DNA of 59,405 bases, counting the filler, from Stramenopiles sp. TOSAG23-3 (taxonomy: Eukaryota), in assembly GCA_900128585.1 (NCBI GenBank). It is 8 parts of 8 records of this genome, joined end to end, with 100 filler letters (N's around TTAATTAATTAA, not from the genome) between each part and the next. Parts side by side here need not be neighbours in the genome. Positions count along the whole stretch, not along the records: positions 22,403 to 29,764 come from LT643169.1; positions 29,865 to 37,183 come from LT643170.1; positions 37,284 to 44,595 come from LT643171.1; 5 more parts are not named here. One strand, written 5' to 3'. Position numbers and translations under genes: made by a program. Within the stretch, counting starts at the first letter, position 1, and the number at the start of each line of letters is the position of its first letter. Of the stretch, positions 27,865 to 40,584 are shown one piece after another. The notes beneath the pieces were generated by a model. It was not told the DNA's origin, searched no databases, and saw only the letters and a list, made by a program, of their open reading frames with translations.

Positions 27865-29280
27865 CTACTTTTTTGCCATGGTCGTTTCGTCCTTTTCACT
27901 GCTAAGGTCTACCCTGGACTGAAGCTCCCGCTCGATTGCGCTGACAAGGGCATTACAGAAAACTTCGCCGGAGGATCGGGACCGGCCTTCGCAAAAAAAA
28001 GCATGGGCTTGGAAAGGGATCTTGCGCAACGCCCTCCCGCTGAGGCCTTCCCCCTTCTTTGCTGCGTTCATCAGTATAGTTTCTACGGTAGATGCCGCAT
28101 TGCCGTCTTCTGCGGTTTTAAACGATCGAAACTCTTCGGCGGGAGAAATGATGCCCACTCGCGACAATTCCCTCAGGCACGACGCCAGGATGTCGTACCG
28201 TGCCCGTGCGTTCGGAAGCCCTATGTACTGCTTGATGTCTGCCCGGTCAACAAATGCTAAGTCAATGGCTTCACTAATGTTGGACGTGGTCAAAATCAAG
28301 ACGTTCTCGCGCTCCCTCAGCTGATCTATCTGCGTCAAAAGGGCGTTTACCACCCGGATCGCGTCCGAGGGCTCCGAGCCCGACATTGCAGAGGTCCGCG
28401 CAGCGGTCAAACTTTCGACCTCGTCGATCAAAACGCAGACCAAGGCCTCTTCGTCGTCGACCAAATCGTTGATGTGCTGGAACAGCTTCATGACTAACTT
28501 GCCACTCTCCGAAAACCACTTGCTGAACAGCGAGTGGGCGTTTATCTCCAGCAGCAACGCATTTGAGTAGCGTTCAGAGAGCCGCACGGACAGTTTGTGC
28601 GCCAACGCTTTGCAAAGGCTCGTCTTCCCGGTTCCTGGCGGTCCGTGCAGCAGAACGACTCGGTTCCATGATATAATGTTGGAGTCTACGTTCGCGTCTG
28701 AGAACAGCATCGCCGTCGCACAATACTGGACCAAGTTCTTCTTCACATCGATATCGTATATCAGGTTCTCCCAAAGCCCGTGAAACTCCCGTGCGGGCAG
28801 CACCCACTGCTGGCAAGAGCTCACGCTTTCCTCGCTCTCGTCCGTGTACTCCTCGCTCACGCCGTCGGAGCTGAGTCGGTACACGTACACAAAAATTTCT
28901 GCCTCACCGACGCGCAATGAACGCATGTCCTGCGGCATGTCGCCCAATGAGATAAACTTCGTGTTTGATCGCACTGTCTCGGATATTCTAAGGAAGTTCA
29001 GGTCGGCAAACGTCTCGTTGGGGTTCCCTTGAAGCGTTTGCAATACTTCGCTCTTCACTACCGCCGGCTGGACGCCGCTCGACGGATCTAAGACTACTTC
29101 CATATGGACAGGATACCTTCCGGCGCTTCCACCGTCGTACGCACTTCCCCTATCGACAACCATCATGTCCCCCGAACTAGCACCTGGATTACCCCCCCCA
29201 CCCGACGTGCTGGACACCCCCCCGTTGCCGTAAATGTTTGCATGTTCACTCGCGTCATAACTGATCCCGGACGTCTGCAT
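27865..29280 (-). CDS. TRIP13: Pachytene checkpoint protein 2 / TRIP13 AAA+ ATPase
   Basis: WNRVVLLHGPPGTGKTSLCKALA, EINAHSLFSKWFSESGKLV, LIDEVESL, EPSDAIRVVNALLTQID and LSGRALRK motifs. Confidence 0.95.
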   Translation of the reverse strand: MQTSGISYDASEHANIYGNGGVSSTSGGGGNPGASSGDMMVVDRGSAYDGGSAGRYPVHMEVVLDPSSGVQPAVVKSEVLQTLQGNPNETFADLNFLRISETVRSNTKFISLGDMPQDMRSLRVGEAEIFVYVYRLSSDGVSEEYTDESEESVSSCQQWVLPAREFHGLWENLIYDIDVKKNLVQYCATAMLFSDANVDSNIISWNRVVLLHGPPGTGKTSLCKALAHKLSVRLSERYSNALLLEINAHSLFSKWFSESGKLVMKLFQHINDLVDDEEALVCVLIDEVESLTAARTSAMSGSEPSDAIRVVNALLTQIDQLRERENVLILTTSNISEAIDLAFVDRADIKQYIGLPNARARYDILASCLRELSRVGIISPAEEFRSFKTAEDGNAASTVETILMNAAKKGEGLSGRALRKIPFQAHAFFCEGRSRSSGEVFCNALVSAIERELQSRVDLSSEKDETTMAKK

Positions 29281-30036
29281 CGTTTGTTGGTCTGTCGCTG
29301 ATGTAATTAAAATGACGTTGTTTCACCAAAAGTGTTTTCTTTTCTCGATTTGCGAATAAATTGCAATATGAACAGTCCTCTCGATTCCTTTAAAATATAC
29401 AGAAATTCTTTTCGCAAAAACATAAATCGCTTGCTGCAATCATTACAAAATGTATTTCATTTTACTGTCATACATATACTAGACTATTCGTCTATATATT
29501 ATAATATATATAAAAGTAAAACAGAAATTCAAATTTCAAAAAAAATAATAATATTCTTCTTCTATGAAGGGTAATAATAATATATTCTTCTCGACCAGGA
29601 GGAGAGGTATATTATCTTCCTCCAGAAGAAGAAGAAAGAAGAAAGAAGAAAGAAGAAAGAAGAAAGAAGAAAGAAGAAGAGAAGAAAGAAGAAGAAAGAA
29701 GAAAGAAGAAAGAAGAAAGAAGAAGAAGAAAGAAGAAGAAGAAGAAGAAGAAGAAGAAGAAGAANNNNNNNNNNNNNNNNNNNNNNNNNNNNNNNNNNNN
29801 NNNNNNNNTTAATTAATTAANNNNNNNNNNNNNNNNNNNNNNNNNNNNNNNNNNNNNNNNNNNNTAGAATAATGACGATTGTTGAATTTTGTTTTTAGTT
29901 CTTATTCTGTACAGAAATTCTATTTAAATTAAGTTCAATACATTAATGAGTTAGTGTATATGAGTGTCTGCGGTGGATTAATTGATTGTGAGTGTGAGTG
30001 TGTGCGCGTGCGCTTTTGTCTTGCTGATTCTTTACC

Positions 30037-31474
30037 ATGACGAGTTTGTTGAACGACGTTCCCAGGCACTTGCACCGCCAGAAGAAACTGGAAGCCCGGG
30101 GCGGGAAGGAGGAACCGGTTAGCGTTGCGATCGTTAGAAAGCTGTACGATATCCAGCTGGAGCTTATCTCGAACCAGGGGTACAAAGGCAAGGAAAGGAA
30201 AAATCGGACAATGCGTCCGAAGGACAAGCGGTTGATGGCTGATGTGCAGAATTTTTTTACGCCCCGGCACTACGATGAGGTGGTGGAGGAGAGGGGCACG
30301 AAGACCGTGTGCGCTTACCCGTTCTGCGGGAACACGGTCGACGAAAGCAATTGCGGGGGAAAACCTCGAAATTTCAAAGTTTCCCTTAGGTTTGGAAAGA
30401 TTATAAACACCGAAGGGCGGCACCTGTTCTGCTCGAACTATTGCTTCAGGACGTCCGGGGCGCTCCGCTCGACGTTGAGCAAGGTGTCCCCTCAGATACG
30501 CAACGACCTCCTGGCGCTCGTCCGGAAGGAACGGCAGGACGCGAGGGACGGGGCAGACCCTGTCAAGGTCGGGGAGAGCATGTTGGGCTCCCTGAGGATC
30601 GTAGAAAAGTTTCCGTCGGGCGGGGGCGGGATGCCAGCCCCCCCCCCCGATCCTCCTGAAAGGGGACGCGCATACCCTCATCGATGGGTACCGAGCGACC
30701 ACCTCGTGGACCGCGGACGACGGGGCCAGCTCCAGCGCGAGCCGCAGCCAGGACGACGAGCTCGTGCTCGTAGGGTTCACGACGGTGAAGGACACCCTGT
30801 TCAACAAATGGTACAGCGACATGACCAAGGCGTTTTTGATCAACCAAATGCGTTACCCAGTTCCCGGGGAAGATTTGAGCCTCTTGACTCACCAGCGCAG
30901 GGAAGCCTTGGCATCCATGCTGTGCCCGAGGGCGCACGATGCTGCGCACATCGCGGGGTTGGACTCGATAGCCACCTCCGCGTTGGAGGATGACATCCGG
31001 GAGTTGATCTGGACGTTCAATTTGAACGAACCGATCCCGTCCTTGACTGGTGAGCAGCGCGTAGAGATCGTCGTCCTTTTGCTGAAGGAGTTGAAGAAAG
31101 CCCCTTGGCAAACCAACCAGGGGACCTCGTACGTTGAAAATACCAAACCGGGGGACGAGGGGGACGACTGGTTGGACGACTCGTCCGAGGACGAGCGGGA
31201 CAGGGGGCGCCAGCGAGAGACAAGGCCAAAGTCCCCCCCCCGTCCGGGTACGGATGGATCCCCCAGCAAACCGCAGATAATATACCCAAACTTTATAATA
31301 GAAGAACGGCCGGAGGAACACGTCCAAGTGGACAACAAACTCCTGCCCATGCCCGGCCGGGCGGGGGCCCGGCCACTTGGGAGGAAAGCGAAAAAGCGAC
31401 CAAAGCGTTCATTAAGGGATCACGTTGATTCAACGGGAAATAATTCGTTGGCCTATTCTGTCCTTGATGACTAA
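30037..31474 (+). CDS. RPAP2: RPAP2/Rtr1 RNA polymerase II CTD phosphatase homolog, split by a frameshift in a C11 run
   Basis: YDEVVEER...CAYPFCGN...FCSNYCF zinc-finger domain. Removing one C at 30638-30648 joins it to the 30764..31474 frame and yields the LIDGY motif. Confidence 0.8.
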
Positions 31475-32109
31475 AAGCTGTGCAGAAGGCAAGGCGTGTG
31501 TTGCTGTCCCACGTTCCCGTCGAAGATTTCCTTCGGGGTGCATTGAACCGTGACGGCCTGGACCTTTATAAACTTCACGAGCGTGGGAAACAGCTGTTGG
31601 CACAATATGCCAGCCGACGTCGCGCGTCGTCCAGAAAGTTGGGCACGGTCTGAGAATCAGAAGTACTCCCGCAGGTATCGGCACGCCTCACCAGAGCATC
31701 CTAGTTTGTGGCATTCGGGGGCCATCGATGGCGAACATTCGTTTCTGTGCTCCAGTGACGAGTACAGGGAGGTGCTCGTCGAGAATCGTGAATCCCACGC
31801 AATGACGGCACAGACGATCAGGCTGTCTGCTGGGGAAATTGAGGAGATAGCCTAGGCGGTGGGCACCAAAGTGAACGAGCGTTCCCGTAACAGCGAGCTT
31901 TGACACCGTCCCTTGGGAGAACGATTTCGATAAGATGTATACTGGGTATTGGTAAAATATAATACGTACATAATGTTTATTTGAAGAGATACACGCAACA
32001 TAATGAGTTACATTTTCCGAGAGGAGGCTGTTTTCCATAAATCATGGCATAACATACACACAGCACCTGAAAGCGAAGGAATCCAATTTTTCGATGGACG
32101 AGTGTCTAC

Positions 32110-32590
32110 GGCGCGGAATTGAAAAATGGCAACGGACTTTGTGTTAACTGTTTCAAACGGAGAGATCATTACGGAAAAAAAATAATTTTACATAATTTAA
32201 GCTGTCCAAAGTGTTGTTAGATGTTTACAATTATGCGCGTACGGTTTATTTTTAAAAAGCAAACAAATGGATAAGTGTCTGATGGGGTGGCGTTTGGTCA
32301 AAATCGTCAATTTCACAAAAAATTGTCCCTCGGAACCGCATTTCCAAGTCATTTGAGGGCAAACAATTTATAAACGTTCGTTGAGGGTCGGAGACCGTGG
32401 CCGGAAGAATCGCCTGGTCTAAACTTATGTAATTATGCATTCTCCTGTCTTTTATTTGTTATTTTCTGGCCGAACACTTCCATACTTTGAAAATCGAGTT
32501 GGATTTTTTTTCGCGCCAAGGACACTGACCACTTTGTTGAACAGGTGTCTATCATGACATTTTACTTAAAAAAAAACAACCCCGATCGTC
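32110..32590 (+). repeat. Dispersed ~480-bp conserved non-coding element, copy 2
   Basis: Colinear with 1721-2199; the 42-bp block at 32477-32518 is identical to copy 1. Confidence 0.92.
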
Positions 32591-33230
32591 CGTCGTGTGT
32601 TTTATTTTTTCTTCTTTGTTTTTTGTTTTTTCATTGTTAGGATTAGGGTTCTATTTTTTCATCAGTTGTTGGTGTCTTATTATTGCTTTGTCATCTATTT
32701 TTACTTTGTATTATTATTGGAATTATATGAATACCTTCATTCTGTGACATTGTATTTTTTATAAAATATATAATTAATATAAAATACGAATAAAACAGAT
32801 CAAGAAGAAGATTATAATTAATTGTATCCCTCCTCGTATATTACTTATATAATAATAGCACCACTATAATAAATAATGTTTTATTTCATCAAGTATTTAG
32901 ATTATATTTAAAATCGTTAGAAATTTGATATTTAACCACAGTGTACATATAAATAGCATAGGAGATTATATATTATATTTTAAAACAACAACAGTTATAA
33001 TATTTATGTTAGTTTTAAAATTTTCATCATCATCATCATATTTTCATTACACCTTACTTAGTAATTGTATTTAGATATCATCCACAAAGACACACCAATT
33101 TCATTTGTTAAATGCATTTCTACAACAGTCAATAATCGAATTGGATTGCTGAGTGATTGACAAGAGTTTCGATTTGCGATATAGTGTTGTTTTCCCTCGT
33201 GTTCTTGTTCCGGGGCATGTTGGTTGAGCA

Positions 33231-35027
33231 ATGAGTGCACTGAAGCCCCTGGATGAGGCGGATGGTGGTGGGGAAAATTATCATGGTGGCGGCAAAAACG
33301 ACGACGAGTTTCCTTCTGGGCAATGTCAGGTTTGTAAGGATGTTGTCCGGACGTGCTCCATGACCAATGCTTGGGTGCGCACCAAGCTGGTGGCATCATC
33401 GATGTTTTGTTACTTGGACATATTGTCCGACCTTTTGGTCTCCATCTCTATTTATGGCCTGATAGACATGATAGAGAGGGGGCAGTATTTCTTCTGGTTG
33501 TCCATAGTTTTGATTGTTTTGCCGACCTTTGTTCACTCCTACTACACGGCGTTTGTGCAAGGTTGGCGCGACCGCACGACCAGGGAAAAATTGATGGACT
33601 TATGTAGCAACCTGTTCTTCTTGCGCCCGGCGATCGAGCTTGTTAACTCGTGCCAAGTCACGGTAGACTTGCAAAGGGTAAAATCGTACCGCAGAAAAGC
33701 TGAAACGACCAACATTACTTTAATGCTGAACGTTACGGACGATTGCAAATCCGAACAGTTTATTGTTTTCAAGGTGTGCGAGCTAGCGTGTGAGACGTTG
33801 CCTCAAATTTTTCTCCAAGTGTACATTCTTTGCCAAATATGGGACCATTGGCGCTGGACCTCCAGCAACAACGAAATCGTCAGCACGGACACTTCGTTCT
33901 GCTCCAGCCAGATGGTGTTTTTTGTGTCCTTAGGCGTAAGTTGCTTTCACGTTGGGATTACACTGCAGGACATAACGGAGAGGGACGTGCCGTTCGGGGT
34001 GTTCCCCCGCGTCCTCTCGTACGGAATGAAGCAGGATAGTCTTTGTGCGGCTGGGAGTTGGATGTGCCTGTCGTTTTTGTATTTTGCGGTAGACCTGTCG
34101 GAAAGACTTTTCTGTTGGGTCCCGTTCACGGTATTTTTCGGCCCCAACGCTGGGTTCATATCGTTTTTGATGGTAACGATCTCGATTCGTGCCATGCTGG
34201 CGTTCATCTGGCTGGGGAAATGTACCCTTCGGGGCGGGCTAGAAAATTTTGGAACTGTCGACAGCGGCGGAACGAAAAGGATGGGGCGCAAGCAGCGAAG
34301 AATACGGAAGAAGAAAAAAATAGACTGGTTTAACATCAATGCCTTGTTTGCGGAGTCGTTGCCATGGCTCTTGCTGGGAAGTTTCGTCGATTTGCCATTG
34401 TCGATGAAGTGGTTAAGAGGGTACAGGGATCAAAGCACCAACGCACCATCGTTTCAGCGCTACGCCACCGTCAGCGGTCGGTACTTTATTTCGTCGAACA
34501 TTTTGTCCGCGGTTGAAAATACACTGTTGTTTTGCGTCACGTTTTACAGCAGCGTCGACGACAGCTTGACGTGCGGGGCGTCCCAAAACCATGACCAGTC
34601 GTCCGCCGCTTACGGAGATTGCAAGGGTTCCGACGCGACGGGAAACTCGACAAATTTGGAATGTTTTAGAAAATCGGACGGTCTCGGCAAGTTCTCACAA
34701 TCGTTTTACACGTCCGTAAACGAGCCGTGGCTTCGTCAGAGGTGGGTCGCACTATTTGTCGGCGTTCTCCTCCTTCGTTTCTTGCTTTTTTTCATCTTTT
34801 ACAAAATTGTGTACGGGAAAACAGGCAAGGCATTGGACGAGAGGCAGACCAGTCATGCATCAAAATCATTCAAACGGCACCGGGCGTCTGTTAAATTAAT
34901 CGGTGTGCAAAATGAAGGACGGTCATCAGACCATCGAGCAAAAGTAAGAAAAATGTTGAAACGATTTTCCACCAGTGGAGAAACAGCCAATGAAAAAACT
35001 GATGATGTTTTGGAAGCTAGCATTTGA
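33231..35027 (+). CDS. XK-related (Xkr scramblase-like) membrane protein
   Basis: YLDILSDLLV, LSIVLIVLP and ELACETLPQIFLQVYIL (the E-x-x-P-Q-x-x-L-Q XK signature). Confidence 0.75.
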   Translation: MSALKPLDEADGGGENYHGGGKNDDEFPSGQCQVCKDVVRTCSMTNAWVRTKLVASSMFCYLDILSDLLVSISIYGLIDMIERGQYFFWLSIVLIVLPTFVHSYYTAFVQGWRDRTTREKLMDLCSNLFFLRPAIELVNSCQVTVDLQRVKSYRRKAETTNITLMLNVTDDCKSEQFIVFKVCELACETLPQIFLQVYILCQIWDHWRWTSSNNEIVSTDTSFCSSQMVFFVSLGVSCFHVGITLQDITERDVPFGVFPRVLSYGMKQDSLCAAGSWMCLSFLYFAVDLSERLFCWVPFTVFFGPNAGFISFLMVTISIRAMLAFIWLGKCTLRGGLENFGTVDSGGTKRMGRKQRRIRKKKKIDWFNINALFAESLPWLLLGSFVDLPLSMKWLRGYRDQSTNAPSFQRYATVSGRYFISSNILSAVENTLLFCVTFYSSVDDSLTCGASQNHDQSSAAYGDCKGSDATGNSTNLECFRKSDGLGKFSQSFYTSVNEPWLRQRWVALFVGVLLLRFLLFFIFYKIVYGKTGKALDERQTSHASKSFKRHRASVKLIGVQNEGRSSDHRAKVRKMLKRFSTSGETANEKTDDVLEASI

Positions 35028-35733
35028 AGCCAATTTAATTATAGTATAATGTAATTATATATTTATTAGTATAATACACTACTTCTTGTTTTGTACCACA
35101 ATTTATTTTTACAAAAAATATCTCATACTCATACCAATACTGTGTGTGTGTGTTGTAATGTACATTATAGTAATCTTTCTTCTTCTATTATTTTATATAA
35201 TTTAATATTTTTTAGAAATAATACATGTAATAGCCTCAATTAAACTCTAAATATTTTATGAAAAAAATTGTGATGTGAAGAAATTAGAAGTGAGGCAGTA
35301 TTACAATTAAATTAATATATTATTATATTGAAATATACCAAGGTACCGGTACTGGTATTATATGTGGGTATGTACGGTGCGTTCTTTCCATAGTCTGTTT
35401 ACGAGGAGTTGGTGGTGGTGGTGGTCGATTGAAATGTATGATGTGTCTATGTAGTACGGTACATAATAATAATAATAAAAAAGATATGTATTATTATTAT
35501 TATTATTATTGATGGAGAAAACTAAAGAGAGAAGCACCACCACCACAAAAACAAATCAAATAAAAAATTGATTAAAAAATTATATAGAAGTGTCTAGATT
35601 GTGTTGGGTAAAAAACTTTTAAAAGGGATTGAAAGTGACAACGTAGACACGTTATGTTGTTTTCATGGAAGACGTTTGCTGTTGACTTGAAAAAGATTAG
35701 TTATTGTTTTTGCCGAATTGAACAAAAGGGAAA

Positions 35734-37183
35734 ATGTCCACCCGGCTTTCTACCTCCGCTTTGAAGACCCTGTCGAGCCACATTCCGGTGCCCAAGTACT
35801 CGCGAACGAAACCTGCGGCAATTGTCCACGTAGGTGTCGGAAATTTTTGCCGAGCGCATTTGTTTGAAAATACCCACAAATACAACCAAAATTGTAAGGG
35901 CAATGAGTGGCTCATTCATGGTGTTGGTGTTCTCAACAACAGCTCCGAACGGGAGGCGTTTAAGAAAATGGAATCCAGCGAATACCTGTACGGCCTCTTG
36001 ACGCTACCGTCGAAGAGTGCCGAGATTATTGGAAGCATGTGCAGCTACGACTGGGTCCCTAACTCTGCCGCCTCGCTCGAAAATGCTGTCCAAGCCCTGA
36101 GTTCTCCGGATTCAAGAATTATTTCACTGACAATAACAGAAAAAGGGTATTGCACCGACACCAACGGGAACATAGATTTTGAAAATGCCGACTTGATGCA
36201 CGACGTGCAGACGCTAAAGGGGGGGGACCGCGCGTCGTCCTTCAAAACGGCACTGGGACTGGTCGTTGAAGGGCTCAGCAGGCGCCAGGAAGCGAACGCC
36301 GGACCAATTACTATCCTGTCGTGCGACAATCTGCCGTCGAACGGCGACGCGTTACGTTCGATACTGTCGGAGCTTATCTCAGCGACAAGGCCGGAGCTCC
36401 TGGAGTACACCACGAACCAAGTGACGTTTCCGAATTCAATGGTGGATAGGATTACGCCAGGCGTTACCGACGACACGGTCCGTCTGTTCGAGGCCGAGAC
36501 GAACGTTTTTGACCCGTTGCCAGTGGTTGCCGAGGACTTTACCCAGTGGGTTGTGGAGGACAATTTCATCGCCGGACGGCCGAAGTGGGAAGCGGTCGAA
36601 GAGAACAACATTTTGTTCGTCGATGACTGCGAACCTTACGAAGCCATGAAACTGGGGTTGTTGAACGCGTCCCACACTGCGATGGCATACGTATCGATCC
36701 TTGCGGGCCATGAAAAGGTCGACCAAAGCATGGGGGACGAGGACGTGTACAATTTTGTGAAAACGTACATGGACATGGCCACGTCGACGGTCCCGGACGT
36801 GCCCGGGGTTGATTTGGAAGAGTACAAGGAGACACTCAGGTACAGGTTTTGCAATCTATCGGACGATCTGTCTCGTTTGGCCCAGGACGGTTCCAAAAAA
36901 ATGATAGGCTTCGTCCTCCCGTCTTTGGTCATAAAACTGGAAAACGGCGAATCGACGGAGCAGATTGCGGGCGTCGTTGCCTCGTGGATCTGCTATTTAA
37001 ACCAGTTTCCAGATTTGGTCGACGATCCGAGAAGTGCAGAGTTGATCGACCTTGGGAAACTCGTCGTCGAATCGTGCTCTCGTCCTTGCGATGGAGAAGC
37101 GGGGGAAGCGACCAGGACGTTCGTTCACGCCACGTTGGGTGGTCTTACGGGAACCTCAGAACAGTTCATGGCGCAGATAGAAG
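35734..37183 (+). CDS. Mannitol 2-dehydrogenase (long-chain mannitol dehydrogenase family), 3'-truncated
   Basis: IVHVGVGNFCRAH, SLTITEKGY, LSCDN, FPNSMVDRITP, EDFTQWVVED and MKLGLLNASH motifs. Confidence 0.92.
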
Positions 37184-37963
37184 NNNNNNNNNNNNNNNNN
37201 NNNNNNNNNNNNNNNNNNNNNNNNNNNTTAATTAATTAANNNNNNNNNNNNNNNNNNNNNNNNNNNNNNNNNNNNNNNNNNNNTTTACATTATATTTCGT
37301 TATGTTAGTGATGACGAAAGAAGAAGGAGACATGGAGTGCTTTCGAATGAGTGGAGGAGGGTCGTGTACGGTCTTGATACAAATAGGGTTAAACTATCCT
37401 ATAAACTTTATAGTTGTTGTTCTCCAATTAGTATTCTAAAAAGTGAACGTTGCAGAGCATAATCGTTATTCATATGCTTTTTACTTATAAGCGATGTGTC
37501 TTTCTTTCTTTTTTTCAAAAAATGAGGATTCTTTCTTTCTTTCCACCTTCGTATTAAGGCTTTTATATATATTGATATATTGATTAAATGATATATACCA
37601 ATTCGTAATGCTAACTTTTATACATATATCCTTAATTCTTATTGTAGGTGGCTTCTTTTCTCTCTCTCCATCTATAACACAGGAACAAGTTTATAGTTGT
37701 AATTCTATTTAGACTATTATTTTATTCTTTTCTACAAAAGAAGAAGAAAAGAAAAAAGAAGAAGTATGATGAAACGACGAGAGAAAGAAGGAAAAGAAGG
37801 AGTAAAAGAATTGATGATCTATTATCTACAAGTCTATAAGGAAGAAAAAGAGATAAACAAATTCAAACTTTCCATTCTTGTTGTTTAATTTTCTTACCCT
37901 TGTTTTCATTTTCCCTTCATTTAGCCCTTGCGTATCTGTCGATAATATACGGGTACCACCACC

Positions 37964-39475
37964 ATGAAGAGGTCAACGGCATGGTTTTGTCCGGCTGCTA
38001 TCCAACCAACGTCTGGGTCTGGGCCTTGTCCTCGTGCGGCGCACTCGTGCGATTTGGTAGGGAACAAATTGTTTGTATTCGGTGGGTGGGATGGAAAGAA
38101 AGCGTTGAACGACTTGCACGTGCTTAACTTTGAAACGTGTACGTGGAAACAAGTAGAGTTGAGGGGTGCCGCCCCGACGGCAAGGAACAACCATACTATT
38201 GCGATGGTCGGGGTTTGTATCTACCTTCACGGTGGGCACGACGGGACCAAGTGGCTGAACGACCTGCACATTTTAGACACGGACCGCGGGCGGTGGTCAA
38301 CGCCGAACGTGTCTGGGGAGCTGCCGTCGTTCCGGGCCTGCCACACCATGACGCGGGTCGGGCAGAAACTGTACCTCTTCGGAGGGTACGACGGGAAGCG
38401 GTGCTTCAACGACATAGACGTCTTTGATTTGGAGAACAATTTTTGGACAAAACCAACATGTCACGGCGACGCGCCGTCTCCTAGGAACGCCCACAGTGTC
38501 ACAAACGTAGGGTCTGTGCTGTACATGTTCGGCGGCCATTCCGGTAGCAAACACTTGAACGACCTCCACTCGTACAACGTGGAGACCAGCACTTGGACCC
38601 AGATAGACACGTGCGGGCCGCCCCCTCCGGGCCTCCGAGGGCACACGGCCAGTGCGATAGGGTCGAAGATTTTCTTCTTCGGCGGGTACGACGGGCGTGG
38701 CCGGTCCAGCATGGTGTTCACGCTCAGCTTGGACGGGAACGAGTGGGAGCACCCGAAGCTGGCGATGGAGGACGCCCCCGCAGGGAGGCAACGCCACACC
38801 GCGTGCCTGGTCGGGAGCAAGCGGTTGTACATTCTGGGGGGCTTCGATGGGTACAAGTGGCTCAACGACATCCATGTCCTCGACGTAGGGTTGCTGGAGG
38901 AGTCCGCCTTGACCACAAAGTCCACTGATTCGCTAGTGACCAACTTGAAGCAGTTGCTGAACAACGAAGACATGTTCCCAGACGTCGTGTTTGTCGTCGA
39001 AAACCGGCGCGTGTATGCGCACAAAGCCATCCTGGCCGTTCAGAACGACATCTTCAAAGCAATGCTGACGAACGGGATGAAAGAGAGCACACAGGACGAG
39101 ATTGCCATTCCAGAGTGGTCCCACAATGCCTTCGTCTCCATGCTAGAGTTTCTGTACACCGGCTCGATCAAAGATTTCAACTCCGACTTGGCGTTGGACC
39201 TGGTGGGGTTGGCAGACCATTACACCATCGCTGGGCTCCGGCAGCTGTGCGAGAATACCCTGGTGCGATCGTTGGCCATCGGGAACGTCTGCCGGCTGCT
39301 TCGTTGCTCGAACAAGTACAACTGCACGTCCCTGAAACGGTACGCGCTCGATTTTGTCCTCGGGAATTTTGACGAGGTCATCACCACGCCAGGGTTTGAA
39401 GAGTTGTCCCAAGATCCCCAATTGCTCCTGGAAATCACCAAAGCGAGCATGCTTTACAAAACCGCGGGAAGGTAA
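37964..39475 (+). CDS. Kelch-repeat + BTB/POZ protein (LZTR1-like CUL3 adaptor)
   Basis: Six GG(Y/W/H)DG-type kelch blades, then DVVFVVENRRVYAHKAILA...F..MLEFLYTG BTB. Confidence 0.92.
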   Translation: MKRSTAWFCPAAIQPTSGSGPCPRAAHSCDLVGNKLFVFGGWDGKKALNDLHVLNFETCTWKQVELRGAAPTARNNHTIAMVGVCIYLHGGHDGTKWLNDLHILDTDRGRWSTPNVSGELPSFRACHTMTRVGQKLYLFGGYDGKRCFNDIDVFDLENNFWTKPTCHGDAPSPRNAHSVTNVGSVLYMFGGHSGSKHLNDLHSYNVETSTWTQIDTCGPPPPGLRGHTASAIGSKIFFFGGYDGRGRSSMVFTLSLDGNEWEHPKLAMEDAPAGRQRHTACLVGSKRLYILGGFDGYKWLNDIHVLDVGLLEESALTTKSTDSLVTNLKQLLNNEDMFPDVVFVVENRRVYAHKAILAVQNDIFKAMLTNGMKESTQDEIAIPEWSHNAFVSMLEFLYTGSIKDFNSDLALDLVGLADHYTIAGLRQLCENTLVRSLAIGNVCRLLRCSNKYNCTSLKRYALDFVLGNFDEVITTPGFEELSQDPQLLLEITKASMLYKTAGR

Positions 39476-39798
39476 ATCATTTTGTTTGAAAAACGAAAAG
39501 TTAAACTGTCAATTTTACTGTGTGTGTATTTACAAACGTTTAAAAGTCCCAGGCCACAAAGTCCTGAGTTCGTTGTAACATGTTTACGTTAGACTTACAA
39601 AACAAAACAATTGGTTGAAAACATTAAAATTGATATGATAAATCAATACACCAATAAAAGCACATGTCAAGTTACATTTCATCTGTTAAGTTTAGAATGA
39701 AAAAACAAATTAATACAGCATGTTTGAATGAAAAAAACTAATGATATAGTGTTTAGAATGATACGATCATGCCCAAATCTTACGTCTTGAATTTAGTT

Positions 39799-40584
39799 CT
39801 ATGGCAATGGGGCCAGCTTTTTTTTCCGTACGTAAGCGTCGGCATCCTTCTTCGTCAATGTATAGCCCCAATGTTGCAGGACTTGTCGTATCACCGGCGA
39901 CACCGAAATGTCATCGAACGCTTTCCCCGCCCTCGAACACTTCCCAATCAGTTGGTTCCGGAACCGGCCCTTCTTTCCGGCCACACCGTTCGAGCGGGAA
40001 ATCTGCCGCTCGTCATCAGTAGTGCGGCGACCGAGGTAGAAGCGGCAGTACCACTGAAACCATCCGTACGGGTCCACGCTCGTGCACCAGCCCTTCGACT
40101 CCCACATTTCCAGGTCTCCGCCACACTTCGCGTTGTAACGGTTCACGCCTTTTCGGTACTGTGCGGATGTGACTTGCTGCTTGATGTTTAACCCTTCGAA
40201 CCAATCCTTTGGAAACTCTTTGTACACGTTGGACGGGTTGTACTTAATGCCGGTAACGCTCGACTTAATGCTTCTAAAATATGTACCACCGAAGGACCCC
40301 GCCTGCAACACTTCTTTCGGCGTCATATTTGGTCGAAACTCTGGATGGTCGGCAAACAACAATTCGCCCGTTTTTTTATTCTGCTTTGGGATTGGCATGG
40401 TCCCATCTAGAATTGCCACCGCCGGAGGCGTCTTGTAGCCGGCTGGTAGTTTAGAATCCGAGGGACTTTTGCCCTTTGAGCTTGCAGGTGTTGTTTTTTC
40501 ACGTTTAATACGCTTGGCTGCTGAGGCCGCTTGAACTACAGCCTGTCGCTTCAACCGTTTGGAGGTTCGTCGAGCAATGTGCAT
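39799..40584 (-). CDS. Conserved uncharacterised protein (FRPNxTPxE...GSFGGTYFR / DPYGWFQWYCRF family)
   Basis: Motifs GSFGGTYFR, DPYGWFQWYCRFYLGRR..DDERQI and RQVLQHW, plus a basic NLS-like N-terminus. Confidence 0.75.
   Translation of the reverse strand: MHIARRTSKRLKRQAVVQAASAAKRIKREKTTPASSKGKSPSDSKLPAGYKTPPAVAILDGTMPIPKQNKKTGELLFADHPEFRPNMTPKEVLQAGSFGGTYFRSIKSSVTGIKYNPSNVYKEFPKDWFEGLNIKQQVTSAQYRKGVNRYNAKCGGDLEMWESKGWCTSVDPYGWFQWYCRFYLGRRTTDDERQISRSNGVAGKKGRFRNQLIGKCSRAGKAFDDISVSPVIRQVLQHWGYTLTKKDADAYVRKKKLAPLP

Noticed and set aside
31480-31920. GC-richer intergenic patches near element copies (also 45790-46470) as genes or transposase remnants
   Set aside because: Only short ORFs with no recognisable motif, so no call can be supported.
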